From Trichosphaerium sp. ATCC 40318 (lineage: Eukaryota > Protista > Tubulinea), in assembly GCA_038496445.1 (NCBI GenBank), contig JALMLS010000417.1, positions 1 through 64,000 of the forward strand: a stretch of DNA of 64,000 nt, read 5' to 3'. The notes under the pieces were generated by a model that worked only from the letters and a program-made list of their open reading frames with translations, made no database searches and was not told where the DNA came from. This document shows positions 39,801 to 50,152 of this stretch, in pieces. The position numbers were made by a program, and so were the translations under genes. Numbering within the stretch: position 1 is the first letter of the stretch; every line of letters begins with the position of its first letter.

Positions 39801-40925
39801 TTAAAGATAAATTTCCTTGCAAGAATATCAAGTACTTTGCAGTGAGGTAAAGTTTTCCCAAATGACGCTGTTAATTAAAGAGTGTTTGTTTAGTTGCTGG
39901 GAAAGAAAAGTTTATTTTAAAGATATAACAATATCTGGCGCACTTGGATCTCTCGGTGGCAGTAACAGTAATACTCTTGTTTTATTTTAATGCTTACAAA
40001 ACAAAAACCGACGACTTTCAAGACACTGCTTCCTGGTTTTTTTCCGATGATTGATTTTTTTTTGTTTAGTCGCTTTTCCTTCTTTCTGGCTACCTCAGAA
40101 GAATGAAGTTGAGTTCTTTCAACTCTCCACTACGAGTCAAGAATACAAAGATGCTCTTAATCTTTTCAAAACCACTGGACTAGACATAGACGCACGTATT
40201 GTTAAAGTAGAGTACGTCGTTAACAAACAAACAAAATGCATTATTTTTTTGCAGTCACATGATTGTACTTTTTGTTTGGATTCAACGTTATTCGAGTACA
40301 ACTTTTATTTTCTTACTGTTAAATGCATAGGCGGATACAGAGCACTTTTCTATGGCGTATGTATTGCATGATAAAGGAGAATATGGTAAAAGAGCTTGGT
40401 GCCACAAACGTAAACGAAAAAACATTGTTTCATGGCACAGCGTTGGCAAATGCTGTACCAATAGCCACAACTGGTTTTGTACGTATTCCAAGCTTTTTTT
40501 GGTTGTTTATTCTCTTGGTTAGGATATGAGACTAAATAGCGGACATGCTTTGGGTAAAGGCAACTATTTCGCGACTCAAGCAAGTACGAGCAATGGTTAT
40601 ACAAAACCAGATGCACAAGGACATAGAGGTAGGTTTCTGTGAAACAAGCAAACAAAAGAGAAAACAACCAGGATATTTTTTCGCCTTTCTTTCTTGTTTT
40701 ACTCATTCACGTGATTTTTTTTAATTTTCCTTAGGTATTTTTATGGCACGTGTTTTAGTAGGTGATTACATACAGAGCCCTTCAAATAGCATAACTCTAC
40801 CACCTATGAATCCGCAAACAGGAAAAAGGTTTTGGTCAGTAGGGAATGCTAGCACCAATGCAAATGTTTTTGTAACGTTTAATAACTATCAAAGTTATCC
40901 CATGTGGCTTGTTACTTACAAATAA
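36818..40925 (+). CDS. Large protein with C-terminal PARP catalytic domain (mono-ADP-ribosyltransferase-like, H-Y-V triad), many exons
   Basis: IVKVE|RIQS.FLWRMY...NEKTLFHGT...GF|DMRL...LGKGNYFA..ASTSNGY..|FMARVLVG...NVFVTFNNYQSYPMWLVTY. The N-terminal region is Y/N/Q-rich low complexity and the middle is unrecognised. Joining all exons into one gene is inferred. Confidence 0.8.
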
Positions 40926-41247
40926 ATCACGGATACAATGTCCCTACATAATCAAAGAAACATATAATTACATAGCTATCAAACTGTTGTTTAATTAGTA
41001 GGTTGCCGTGGTCCGGTTAGCCGGCTACAAAAATTCTTTACAGTTAACCCTCAGTAAAGAAACTGGGAATTGCAAAGAAGTAGATTAGTAATTTTCGTGT
41101 CACGTGATTTGTACATTCTTCATACTTTTTGACAGTATCAGTTATGAGGGTTTTTTAGCCGGCTATAGTCGTTAACGGCCCACCAATGTGTTAGCATAAA
41201 GTAGGAAAACAACAATATGATAAGGACCCAAACGGTTTTTTTATTGC

Positions 41248-42126
41248 TTACACAGCATAGTTATACGATTTAACCATTTCGTATCTAATACCCAAGGATT
41301 CAACAGCTTCTTTTGTTATCTTACTTCGTTTCCCTTTGATTCTTATCGTCTTGAGTGACTTCATGTGCTTCAAAACCGAGTTTGTTATGTGTTCACAACA
41401 GTATAGTCCTAGGTTCTCAAGATTTACCAAGTGCTGTAGTCCTCTTTCTGATATTTGGTGACAATTATCCAACGTGAGGTCTTTGACATTTGTCAAACAC
41501 TTAATACCATCATCTGACATATCAGTAATGCTCCCGCGCATATAAACATGAACAGTGTTGACATTGCAAAGATATTTGAACCACGAGTTTTTTGGACTTA
41601 TCTTAATCGTGTGGACATCTCCAAGTGCTTTTATTCCCTCGACAGAGATATACTTACAATCGAAAAGGTTTATAGTGTGTACACCTTTTAAAGCTTTTAA
41701 AGATATATCTGTTACTCTAGTTCGTGTCAAGTTGATACTATGAATGTTTTCCGGTAGTAATCGAAGTATATCTTTGTCTGTAACACCTGAAGCGCCTAGA
41801 TTTATACTACGAACGCCAACAAGGCAAGCCAAGTCGCTTGGAGATAGAATCATTTTCCATGTTGTTTCGATTTCTGTGTTTTTAAGCAAAGGGCTGCCTT
41901 TCAGAACTTGACAATCTGACGATGTGATTAATGTGATCGTATTAAACCCAATGTTATGCCGAATGATGTCGTTAAACATGTGAGAAACTGAAGATGCTCT
42001 AATACGTTGTTCCCTGTTTAGAAAGCGTAGAATAAGCGTCAAAACTTCTGGTGGCAACGGCGGTGGAGGACGGTGTACTACAAGTTTGAAATCTTTCGTC
42101 GGAAAACTTTTCATGCCACGCGACAT
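41248..42126 (-). CDS. F-box + LRR protein, intronless; paralog of 5862-7123
   Basis: LPPEVLTLILRFL F-box; shares the VL..SPLLKNT motif and ALKGVHTINL repeats with the 5862 gene. Confidence 0.87.
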   Translation of the reverse strand: MSRGMKSFPTKDFKLVVHRPPPPLPPEVLTLILRFLNREQRIRASSVSHMFNDIIRHNIGFNTITLITSSDCQVLKGSPLLKNTEIETTWKMILSPSDLACLVGVRSINLGASGVTDKDILRLLPENIHSINLTRTRVTDISLKALKGVHTINLFDCKYISVEGIKALGDVHTIKISPKNSWFKYLCNVNTVHVYMRGSITDMSDDGIKCLTNVKDLTLDNCHQISERGLQHLVNLENLGLYCCEHITNSVLKHMKSLKTIRIKGKRSKITKEAVESLGIRYEMVKSYNYAV

Positions 42127-42316
42127 AAGCACGCGACACGTTCTGTCGTAAAGTAAATATCGAGTTGTTTATACAGTACTTTAACTGTGAAGCACGTCGT
42201 TGTACTTTTTAGTTTGCAACGTAAAATGGAAACAGTTTCATCGTAAAAAAAACAAGTCAAACTAATTCTGGATTCTCTTGTCGTTGAACAACTTTAAAGA
42301 ACAAAGAAAACGTTAT

Positions 42317-44156
42317 ATGCCGTACAGTATTGTTATTCTTGGCGCTGGAGCGATTGGATGCTGTTTAGGAGGCCATTTAATGTCAGTTGGGCATCATGTT
42401 ACGCTAATAGGTTGTACATCTCTAAAAAGATTCGTTTAGCTAACCTTACGCCTTCATAGGACGTGATCGTTTAAAACAAGTGAGTTAGCGTGTTTTTAAA
42501 GCCTTATACTCAAGAACTACCTTAAGAGCGCTGCAAAACATGGTTTGACAGTTCGTGACTTCACAGGCAAACAGCTTCATATTAAAGATGTTGTGGTGCA
42601 CCTCAACATGGATGAAATTGATCGACCAGGTATACTACGCTCACAAACCAGCCTTGAATGGTTGTGCACATGTTTTCACCAAAGAAATATACTTTGTTAC
42701 CAAAACGTGACTAGAGTATTTGGACACGTGTTTATGACTTGGTATCTCTATTCTTACCGCTTTTACAGATTATGTTTTTATATGCACAAAATCAAAAGAT
42801 ACTAAAGCTGCCGCTGAACAAATCAAAGCTTGCTCTCGTTTAGGTAACGCTAGTGTTGTATCGTTTCAAAACGGTATACACAATGGTGAAACAATTCGTC
42901 ACGTACTTCCAGGTACAGTCAAGGTTGATTTCTTTCTTATTTTATTTTCCCTTTATTTTCTTCCTTTTGTTATGTTGGGGTGTCGTTTGGCTTACTTTTT
43001 ATGTTTATCAGAATATAATGTTATAGAAGCTAGTATTAATTTTGGTGTTGCTTGGGAGGACGGTTGTGTTTTTACACGTGCACACATATCTAAAATCGGC
43101 ATTGGCAAAGTACTTTTTTTATATTTTGTCAAACTAGTTTCTTAGTTATTGACAACACCTAGGATGCACGCGGTGATGCTGCTGATATTGCTGACGCGCT
43201 TACCAAAGTACCTAATATTTATTTTGTGCTATTATAGTAACTTTATGGTAGGCTGGTCTACAAGCATACGCAATTGATGATATTAGGTCCTTACCGTTTT
43301 TGTTGCTCATTTTTGCTGACCTTCCTTAAGATCTTTGTTATTTACTAAACTTTGCCTTAATTCTTTGCACAACCCTATATCATCTCTTTCATGTAGAAAA
43401 TTTCCAGTGCGTACTAATGAAGTCTCAACAAGCAAATTAAATTTAATCTTTTTTCCAGAATTATTTCATAGATCACCTTCTTCGTGAGTTAATCATGGCT
43501 GTAATCAGCGAGTCTTTTGCAATAGCCAAGGTACCATTTATATTTATTGCACGAGAAAGTCTCCGCTACAATTATACTGCTTGTTTGTTAACTAACAGAA
43601 CTCTGTGTAGGCACATGGCATAAAGTTCTCAGAACACTCAATACCCCAAGTACAAAAGTTACGTATGTTAGACCGTTTCCCTCATCCCATCATACCTTTT
43701 CTTTTGCCTAAAATTGGTGGTAAGACTGAGTACATTTCATCAATGGTACCACACATTAAACACTTCCACAACCAAGCTGATTATTTTGACAAAAACAGCA
43801 TGATGATCTTGTTCGTAAAAGAAAAACTGAGATTGGCGTACTCAATGGTGCCCTTGTGAAGATGGGAATTGAGAAAGATGTAGATACACCAATTCATAAA
43901 AGGTTGATAGCGCTTATAAGGAAACATGAATCTGAAGGAACAGTGCCGGATTACACAAGCGAACAGGTAAAGAAAGAAGCAATTGGTTTTTTTTGTTGAC
44001 CAGTCTTTGACTGTTGCTGATTTTTTGTAGTTGTATCGTATGCTACTCAAGAAGGAACCGCCTTTAATTTACCTCGGTAGTATAGTGATATACTTAATCG
44101 GTGCATTTATCATTTTTGCTGCTCTCTACTGCATTTATGTTGTATTCTTCATTTAA
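42317..44156 (+). CDS. panE: 2-dehydropantoate 2-reductase (ApbA/PanE family) with C-terminal hydrophobic anchor, multi-exon
   Basis: ILGAGAIGCCLGG; DYVFICTKSKD; VSFQNGI; TKLCLNSLHNP (catalytic Lys); SSM; KRKTEIGVLNGALV (catalytic Glu). Confidence 0.85.
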
Positions 44157-44497
44157 GTTAAATAAAAATTCTGGGCATCAATATTACAATGTTTGTTAGT
44201 ATGTAGTTGAGCATATGGTAGGCGCAATGCTTAGGTAGGCTATTAGCTAGTTAGTATTGAACGATTTTTAACCAGGTATTAGGTCGCATGGGGCAGAGTA
44301 GGCAATAAAGTAAGAAGTCTTTCGACATTATTTTGGCGTGACATTTTGACACATGTCATTAATTGTGTTGACTTACAAGGCCGTTCTTTGTAGAAACCGC
44401 CTGCTACTTCGATTTTATTAGTTAGTAAATACCTACAGGTGGCATTCAACCGATATAGCGCGTTTTGTGATATACGTGTTGTTTATTTCTGGTTGGT

Positions 44498-44968
44498 TTA
44501 CAGAGCTAAAGCGTTATAGTATGCAGTAGTCATATGGCTTCTGAATGACCTGCTTACTACTTTAACAGCACATCTGCCTTCTAAAGGATTGCATTCACTG
44601 GTTTCTCTATCCCATTTATAACTACGGCGGTAAGGAAGTACGTAAACAGGAAGGTTTTTCCCGTTTGCCGTCTGTGGAACAAAGTTGATTGAGATGAATT
44701 CAAAGGCGGTTTTCCTGTCATTGCGATACTTGCATTGTAGTTGAGGTCCCCATATACCATCTTGTACTTTAGCTAGCACATTTCTCAATATACCGTTTTC
44801 TTCGCTAGTTTTCGTTGATGGGCAAGCTAAACCAATCCATCTATCGCTTTTGGCGTTTAAAGCAATATGGGAGTATCCACCGTATTCTTTCCAATAGGTT
44901 TTAGCACAGTGACCTACTGTACATGAAAGTGCGATTACGCATAAAAGAAGCAGCTGAGATGCATTCAT
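44498..44968 (-). CDS. Small secreted hypothetical protein (156 aa), intronless
   Basis: Signal peptide MNASQLLLLCVIALSCTVGHCA; four Cys in the mature part. No family recognised. Confidence 0.65.
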   Translation of the reverse strand: MNASQLLLLCVIALSCTVGHCAKTYWKEYGGYSHIALNAKSDRWIGLACPSTKTSEENGILRNVLAKVQDGIWGPQLQCKYRNDRKTAFEFISINFVPQTANGKNLPVYVLPYRRSYKWDRETSECNPLEGRCAVKVVSRSFRSHMTTAYYNALAL

Positions 44969-45572
44969 CTTGTCTACAACAACAATTCCTTAAATTCCTT
45001 AAACGCTTTAACTAAATTAAGCCCAAAACTTGCCTTTTTTGATACAACCTTACTTGCTCAAGAAATTCAACTTTACTATTTCCTAAAGAAGTCACCGTAA
45101 TCCTACAAATACACTGCACTTTTGTATGGCGAAGGGAAGTAAGTACCTTGGTAGTACATCTTTTTTAAGATAGCAAATACATTCATCTACGACTTTTTCA
45201 CGGTGTCGTTCTAGAGCTGGCACAGAATTTATTGAGAAGTGATAGGCTGTGCCAATTTGATATAACTGACATATTGACTGTACGTAAGGTTCTGTCTGTG
45301 CCGTCAAATCGTCTAAGGTTAAGAGTTTGAACTTGTTTTTTGTTTGAAAATTTTATTTCCAAATAAATTTACAGGATTAGAGTAGTAAGTCATTGTTGCG
45401 TTAGATTTGGGAGCACAGGTGCTGAAATTACTTTTTTTTTAACGCGTCGGTTTCAATTCCACTTGCAGGCAGTTGCAGACGATTCTTGTATAGTGGACTC
45501 GTTAAGCACGTGATATATTACGAGTACATAAATAATTCATGTCCAGTATATCTCTCTGTGTACAAAGCAGGA

Positions 45573-48117
45573 CTATTCGCTTGCGAACTTATCAAACGCC
45601 TTTGAGGCTTGCTCGTTGTTGTCTATGTTACTATTGTCGTCATACTCATGAATATGCCTATCGTCTTCTTCTTTGCTGCTTCGAGTATCGTCGCTTTCTT
45701 CTGTATTTGTTTTAGCTTCCTCGTCACTGGATTCGTCCTTGCTAATAGGTGCTGGTCGTTCCATTAACGAAATCATTGATAGAGTTGATTCTGTTCTAGC
45801 ATCGTTTTGATTTATTCTGTTTAGATATCGAGTACTGACTGTCCTTGATGACATCATAGGTATGCTACCCAGAGAAGAAGGTACTCTGGCTCCTACTACA
45901 GCGGATACAGTTGGTGTTGTGCCACGTGGTACAAGTCTTGTTTGAAAAACGGCCCATCCAAGAGGAAAGAAGTAGTCCCTGACTCTCTTTGAGTATACAA
46001 TGAAGAGTATCAGCAAGCAAACTAATATTATAACCACAAAAACCACAACTGCTGCTGCAATTGTGAGAACAGGAAGACCACACCTCGAGTCATCGAAGCT
46101 GTAGTTTTGCATTAGTAAAGTAAGAAAAACCAAGTGTATGCTTACGCCACTGCTACATGTATTCCGCTATCGTCTTGAACGGCACGTGAAATGTCCTCCT
46201 CGCATTCTTCGTTTGTTGATCCTGATACTTGAATATCTATGACATCAAAGCTTCCTGTAGAACATTGATATGTCATCAAGTCTATCGTCTGTTTAAAAAA
46301 AAAGAGGTCAGAACTTGCCCAATACAACTTCAACCATACCTCGTTTGTTACAGCTACATTAGCTGTAAGCTTACCAGCAATATACGCACAACCTATTACA
46401 GTGTAAGATGATAAATTGATGTGCACAAAGATCTCTTTTTGATACATACCATAAATAGTAACCGAACTGCCTTCTTGGATAACAAGCTCTGAAGAATTAT
46501 CAAAAATAAAGTCTCCAACGATCGTGATAGTATCCATAAGAATAAGGGAAGTATTGGCTAAACTGACGTTTCCTCTTACAGTTTGAGAAACTGTAATAGT
46601 TATAGAGGCTAGTAACATAAGTTAGGAAGAATACTAAATAAGAAAAACTCTACCTCCATGTGCTTCAATTCCGCCCTCAACTAAACTAGGTTCATCAAGG
46701 ACTATGACTTCATTTGTGATGGTGGTAACGTTTTCAAAAGGCTCCAATGTAGGTGATGTAGTTGGTGTAAAAGGTGGCAATGAAGGTGGTTCTGTGGTAG
46801 GAGGGAAGGTTGTAGGTGGTTCTGTAGTTGGTGGCGCAGCGTTAGGTGATATAGTAGTAGGAGGCATTGTTGTTTGTGTCGGTGTAACTGTAGGTGGTAT
46901 TGGTGCGTTTGTTGGTGGATCTGTAACAGGTGCGTTTGAGGGTGACTCAGTTGGTGGTATTGGTGGATTTGTTTGTACAGGTGCGTTTGTAGGCGCTTCA
47001 GTGGGAGGCGGTACTGGTGCATTAGTGGGTGAAATGTTGGTGGAGGTACTGGTGCGTTAGTGGGAGCATCAGTAGGTGACACAGGCATGTTTGTAGGCGG
47101 ATTTGTAGAAGGATTTGGCGGCTGTGTAACTCCTTTTTTGATATGCATGTTGAGGTGTTCATCAAACTCGATAGAAATATGTTCAATAGCGTTTTTCCGT
47201 AATGGACTAGAGATAAGTACACTATCAAAATATTCTTGTTCTGACTCAGCCAATACACCCACAAAGGCTTCTGTATCGAACTTGGGAATATTAGCTTGAA
47301 AAAAACTGGAAAAGAAACAAAATCACGTGCTTGATGGCTATGTTGAGTGAATGTGTATTTAAATTCAAGCTTATGCATTAGCGTCAACGTATACTGTCCC
47401 TTTTGAATGTAAAATCTGATACTTCGTATTCTATCTTCAGAAGAAGTATGAATTCGAAGTCCTTGAATGTGTAAGAACCTCCCAAGTTCCGAACGTTGCT
47501 TACCTGTTTGTGATGACGCTTCGCTTGTTTGGAAGAATACCTAGGCGCAGATTGAGAGAAGAGAAAAAACACAAAGTAGAAAAGTCTCCACTCCTTGGAA
47601 TTGTCCACTTACTGCGTTTATGTTCGTGTTGTTTGTGAAACTCCTAAAGAAGTCTTGAGATGGTGTATTACACTTGTATGACCGTACGCTCCAACCCTCA
47701 AACTTGAACCCTAAACAAACCAGTTAGGAAATAAAAAACAGTTATGGTTAGGGTATCACGTGACCTTATATGGTGTGAGCATCATTGTTCTGTTTATTTT
47801 TCGTTTATTTCCATTTACGGCACTTTTGAACTTTAATGTAGTTCCCACAGCTCCAACGGTGCGTCGGAGATTTACTACGCCTATCCATTGTTCGTAAGAA
47901 CCAATTAAAATTAATTTGCACTACTTGGTGTGTTTTTCAATGCCTTCAAGAAGAGGTCACTGTTGTTTGATGCATAATTAACACCTTTTGATGAAGCTGT
48001 TAGTGATGAAATAGTCAATGACGAAGATGAGCGTATACCTGGTGTAGAATGGAATAGTTTGTATGATAAACATGCTGTACAGCTTATAATAAATAATATG
48101 AATACACTACGGTACAT
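45573..48117 (-). CDS. Type I surface protein with Pro/Thr-rich stalk; apparent frameshift at about 47033
   Basis: Signal peptide MYRSVFILFIISCTACLS; PT repeats 46745-47130; beta-rich GDFIFDNSSELVI..GCAYIAGKL domain; TM LPVLTIAAAVVVFVVIILVCLLILFIVY; acidic tail. Confidence 0.7.
46745..47130 (-). repeat. Coding Pro/Thr-rich tandem repeats (PTNAP/PPTTEP)
   Basis: Repeated PTxAP and PPTxxP units in the translation. Confidence 0.8.
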
Positions 48118-48629
48118 TATGACTTTTTTCTTTGAGCACACGTGATCAACCGTTGATCTCTCTATTGTAGCTTTTTAAAAAAATGAACAATAAAAAAAAG
48201 TGCACCATTTCTCTGTTCCTCAGAAGTTAGTAAAACCCGTGTATGCCTTTGTCACCACTATTAGCATTGGTGGGTATTAGATTTACATTGACAAGTGATG
48301 TAAATGATCCATTATTGCGCTACCAATTTAACATTATTTTGTGAATATTTGTTCTTTCCAAAACACCTTGTAGAGAGCTAGCGCGCCTTACACTAAAAAA
48401 ACCGTAGAGGAACGCAAATTAAAAAAAAAGATCCGAATACAGTCTTTACTACTAGGAGCTTATATTCCGTTAGTACTACGCTTGGTAAGGAGTGAGGCGT
48501 TCTTGATATATTGGCAACATACGACGATTAAAAAAAAGATTTGGTGATCTCGAGATCGGCAATGATTTACTACAGCGCATTCCGTACAATGATTGGCTTC
48601 CAATTTTATTTTGTTGTTAGGTCTCAAGA

Positions 48630-49932
48630 GCAATCTCTGTTTAAATTTGTGTGCTGAAAAAACTACAAATCACATTAGTTTTGTAATTGTTGGATAGGAT
48701 TCTTAAGTTTTTTTGAAGTTTTAGTTCTTTCGTTACCTTTATTGTAGTGAGCAGCATCCAAAATGACCCCAAGAATACAAAAACGTGCCAAAATTGATGT
48801 GAGTGAAACTAAACCTTACATTTAGGAGACGGTGTTATAGAAGCTATTGATTAAGCTAGGCGTGCTTTGCATTTTGTTTGAAAAAAAAAAGAGAAAAAAC
48901 TTGTATTGACGAACCCAAATATCAAAATATCCTGGGGCGAATCGTTCAGGTATCAACGTATAAAAGAAGAAAAATCCAATAGCAAACAATACATAAACTA
49001 GTGTTATCCTCCATACAAATATTGAAACATCTACAACAAGTTTTTTTAGTTAAACACATGTGACATAACACTAAAACGGTACCTTCACTGTATAAGCCTT
49101 TAAGATAAATCCAATGCAAGAATGGTAATATGCTTGCGCCAACATATGACACAAACAAAGCTGCCCTGAAGCTCGCGTACTTTAAGTGAGAAGCAACTGG
49201 TGTTGGTAAAGCTAGAACTAAAAATACAGCAATTCCTAATCATTGTAGTTTTAGCCTACACTGACTCTTGTATTTAAATTGTACCAAGTATAGCGTCCAC
49301 TGAAGTGTATATTGCCTTAGAAATACGTTAGGATACCAAAACCTGTCCAAGATGGAGTGACACGCACTTGATAGTAAGGGAAACAAAGATATCCATAATA
49401 AATTGCTGGTACACACGTGCCGGAAATACACTAATCCAATTTAGATCATAGATTGTCTATAACGATCATAATACGTACAAGTGATATACCAGCAAAGTCT
49501 ATACGCCTACAGAGAGTGTTTGCTTAAAAAGAAAGTTAGTGGTGCTTGAAATCGTCAGTTACGCTTATTGTTGTTTATCTAGGCGTAAGAAGGTGTCGTA
49601 CCGTGAGGACCCATACAAAAAAATGTGTGGTAAACAGCAGAGCAAAAGAAGCATAAGGCGTTACTCAGTAGGCCACAGGTGAATACTAAACGGTCAAATA
49701 AAGGGTATCCAGCCATTAAGTGATTATAAACGTAATACGGCATTGAAATGTATATAAAGAACGGTAATAAGTGCGTCCATATATTGATTGTTTCATTATG
49801 GCACTGACAAGTAGATTTCAGTGCTTGGGGCAATGTAAGTTTTTGTCTGTATCCTGTCTTAATATACTCGTTGCTACGTATGTATTGTGGCGTTTCCTCA
49901 TACTTTAGTAAGCGTTTACGGTTGTAGCTCAT
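48630..49932 (-). CDS. PAQR/adiponectin-receptor (HlyIII) family membrane protein; 3' end approximate
   Basis: NEYIKTGYR..HNETINIWTHL; CSAVYHTFFC; IDFAGISL; PERFAPGYFDI; HSHQFWHVFV. Confidence 0.9.
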
Positions 49933-50152
49933 CACAAATCGAAAAAAAGCAATCGCTCGAAGTCAGTCAAAGGTATTCTTCAAAGATTGAAAGAATGTTC
50001 GTTTGCCCATGTTGTGCTCATTTATGTTTTCTCCCAACTGAAGCAAGCAGTCATTGGTACGTTGCACCATATCCTAAAAATTGGTTGTGGTGCGACATAA
50101 TGTTCCGGAAAAAAGTAACAATCTTTTACACTAACAAGTTGGCTTTTATTCA

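Noticed and set aside
46704-47299. Gly/Val-rich plus-strand ORFs
   Set aside because: These are antisense shadows of the Pro/Thr repeat exon.
47324-47330. GCACGTG as a GC donor in the PT-stalk gene
   Set aside because: A single GT-AG intron (about 47394-47296) restores the frame, so the motif is intronic.
49411-49420. GCACGTG in the PAQR gene as a GC donor
   Set aside because: It is coding sequence (CISGTCVPAIYYG), in frame with PAQR homology.
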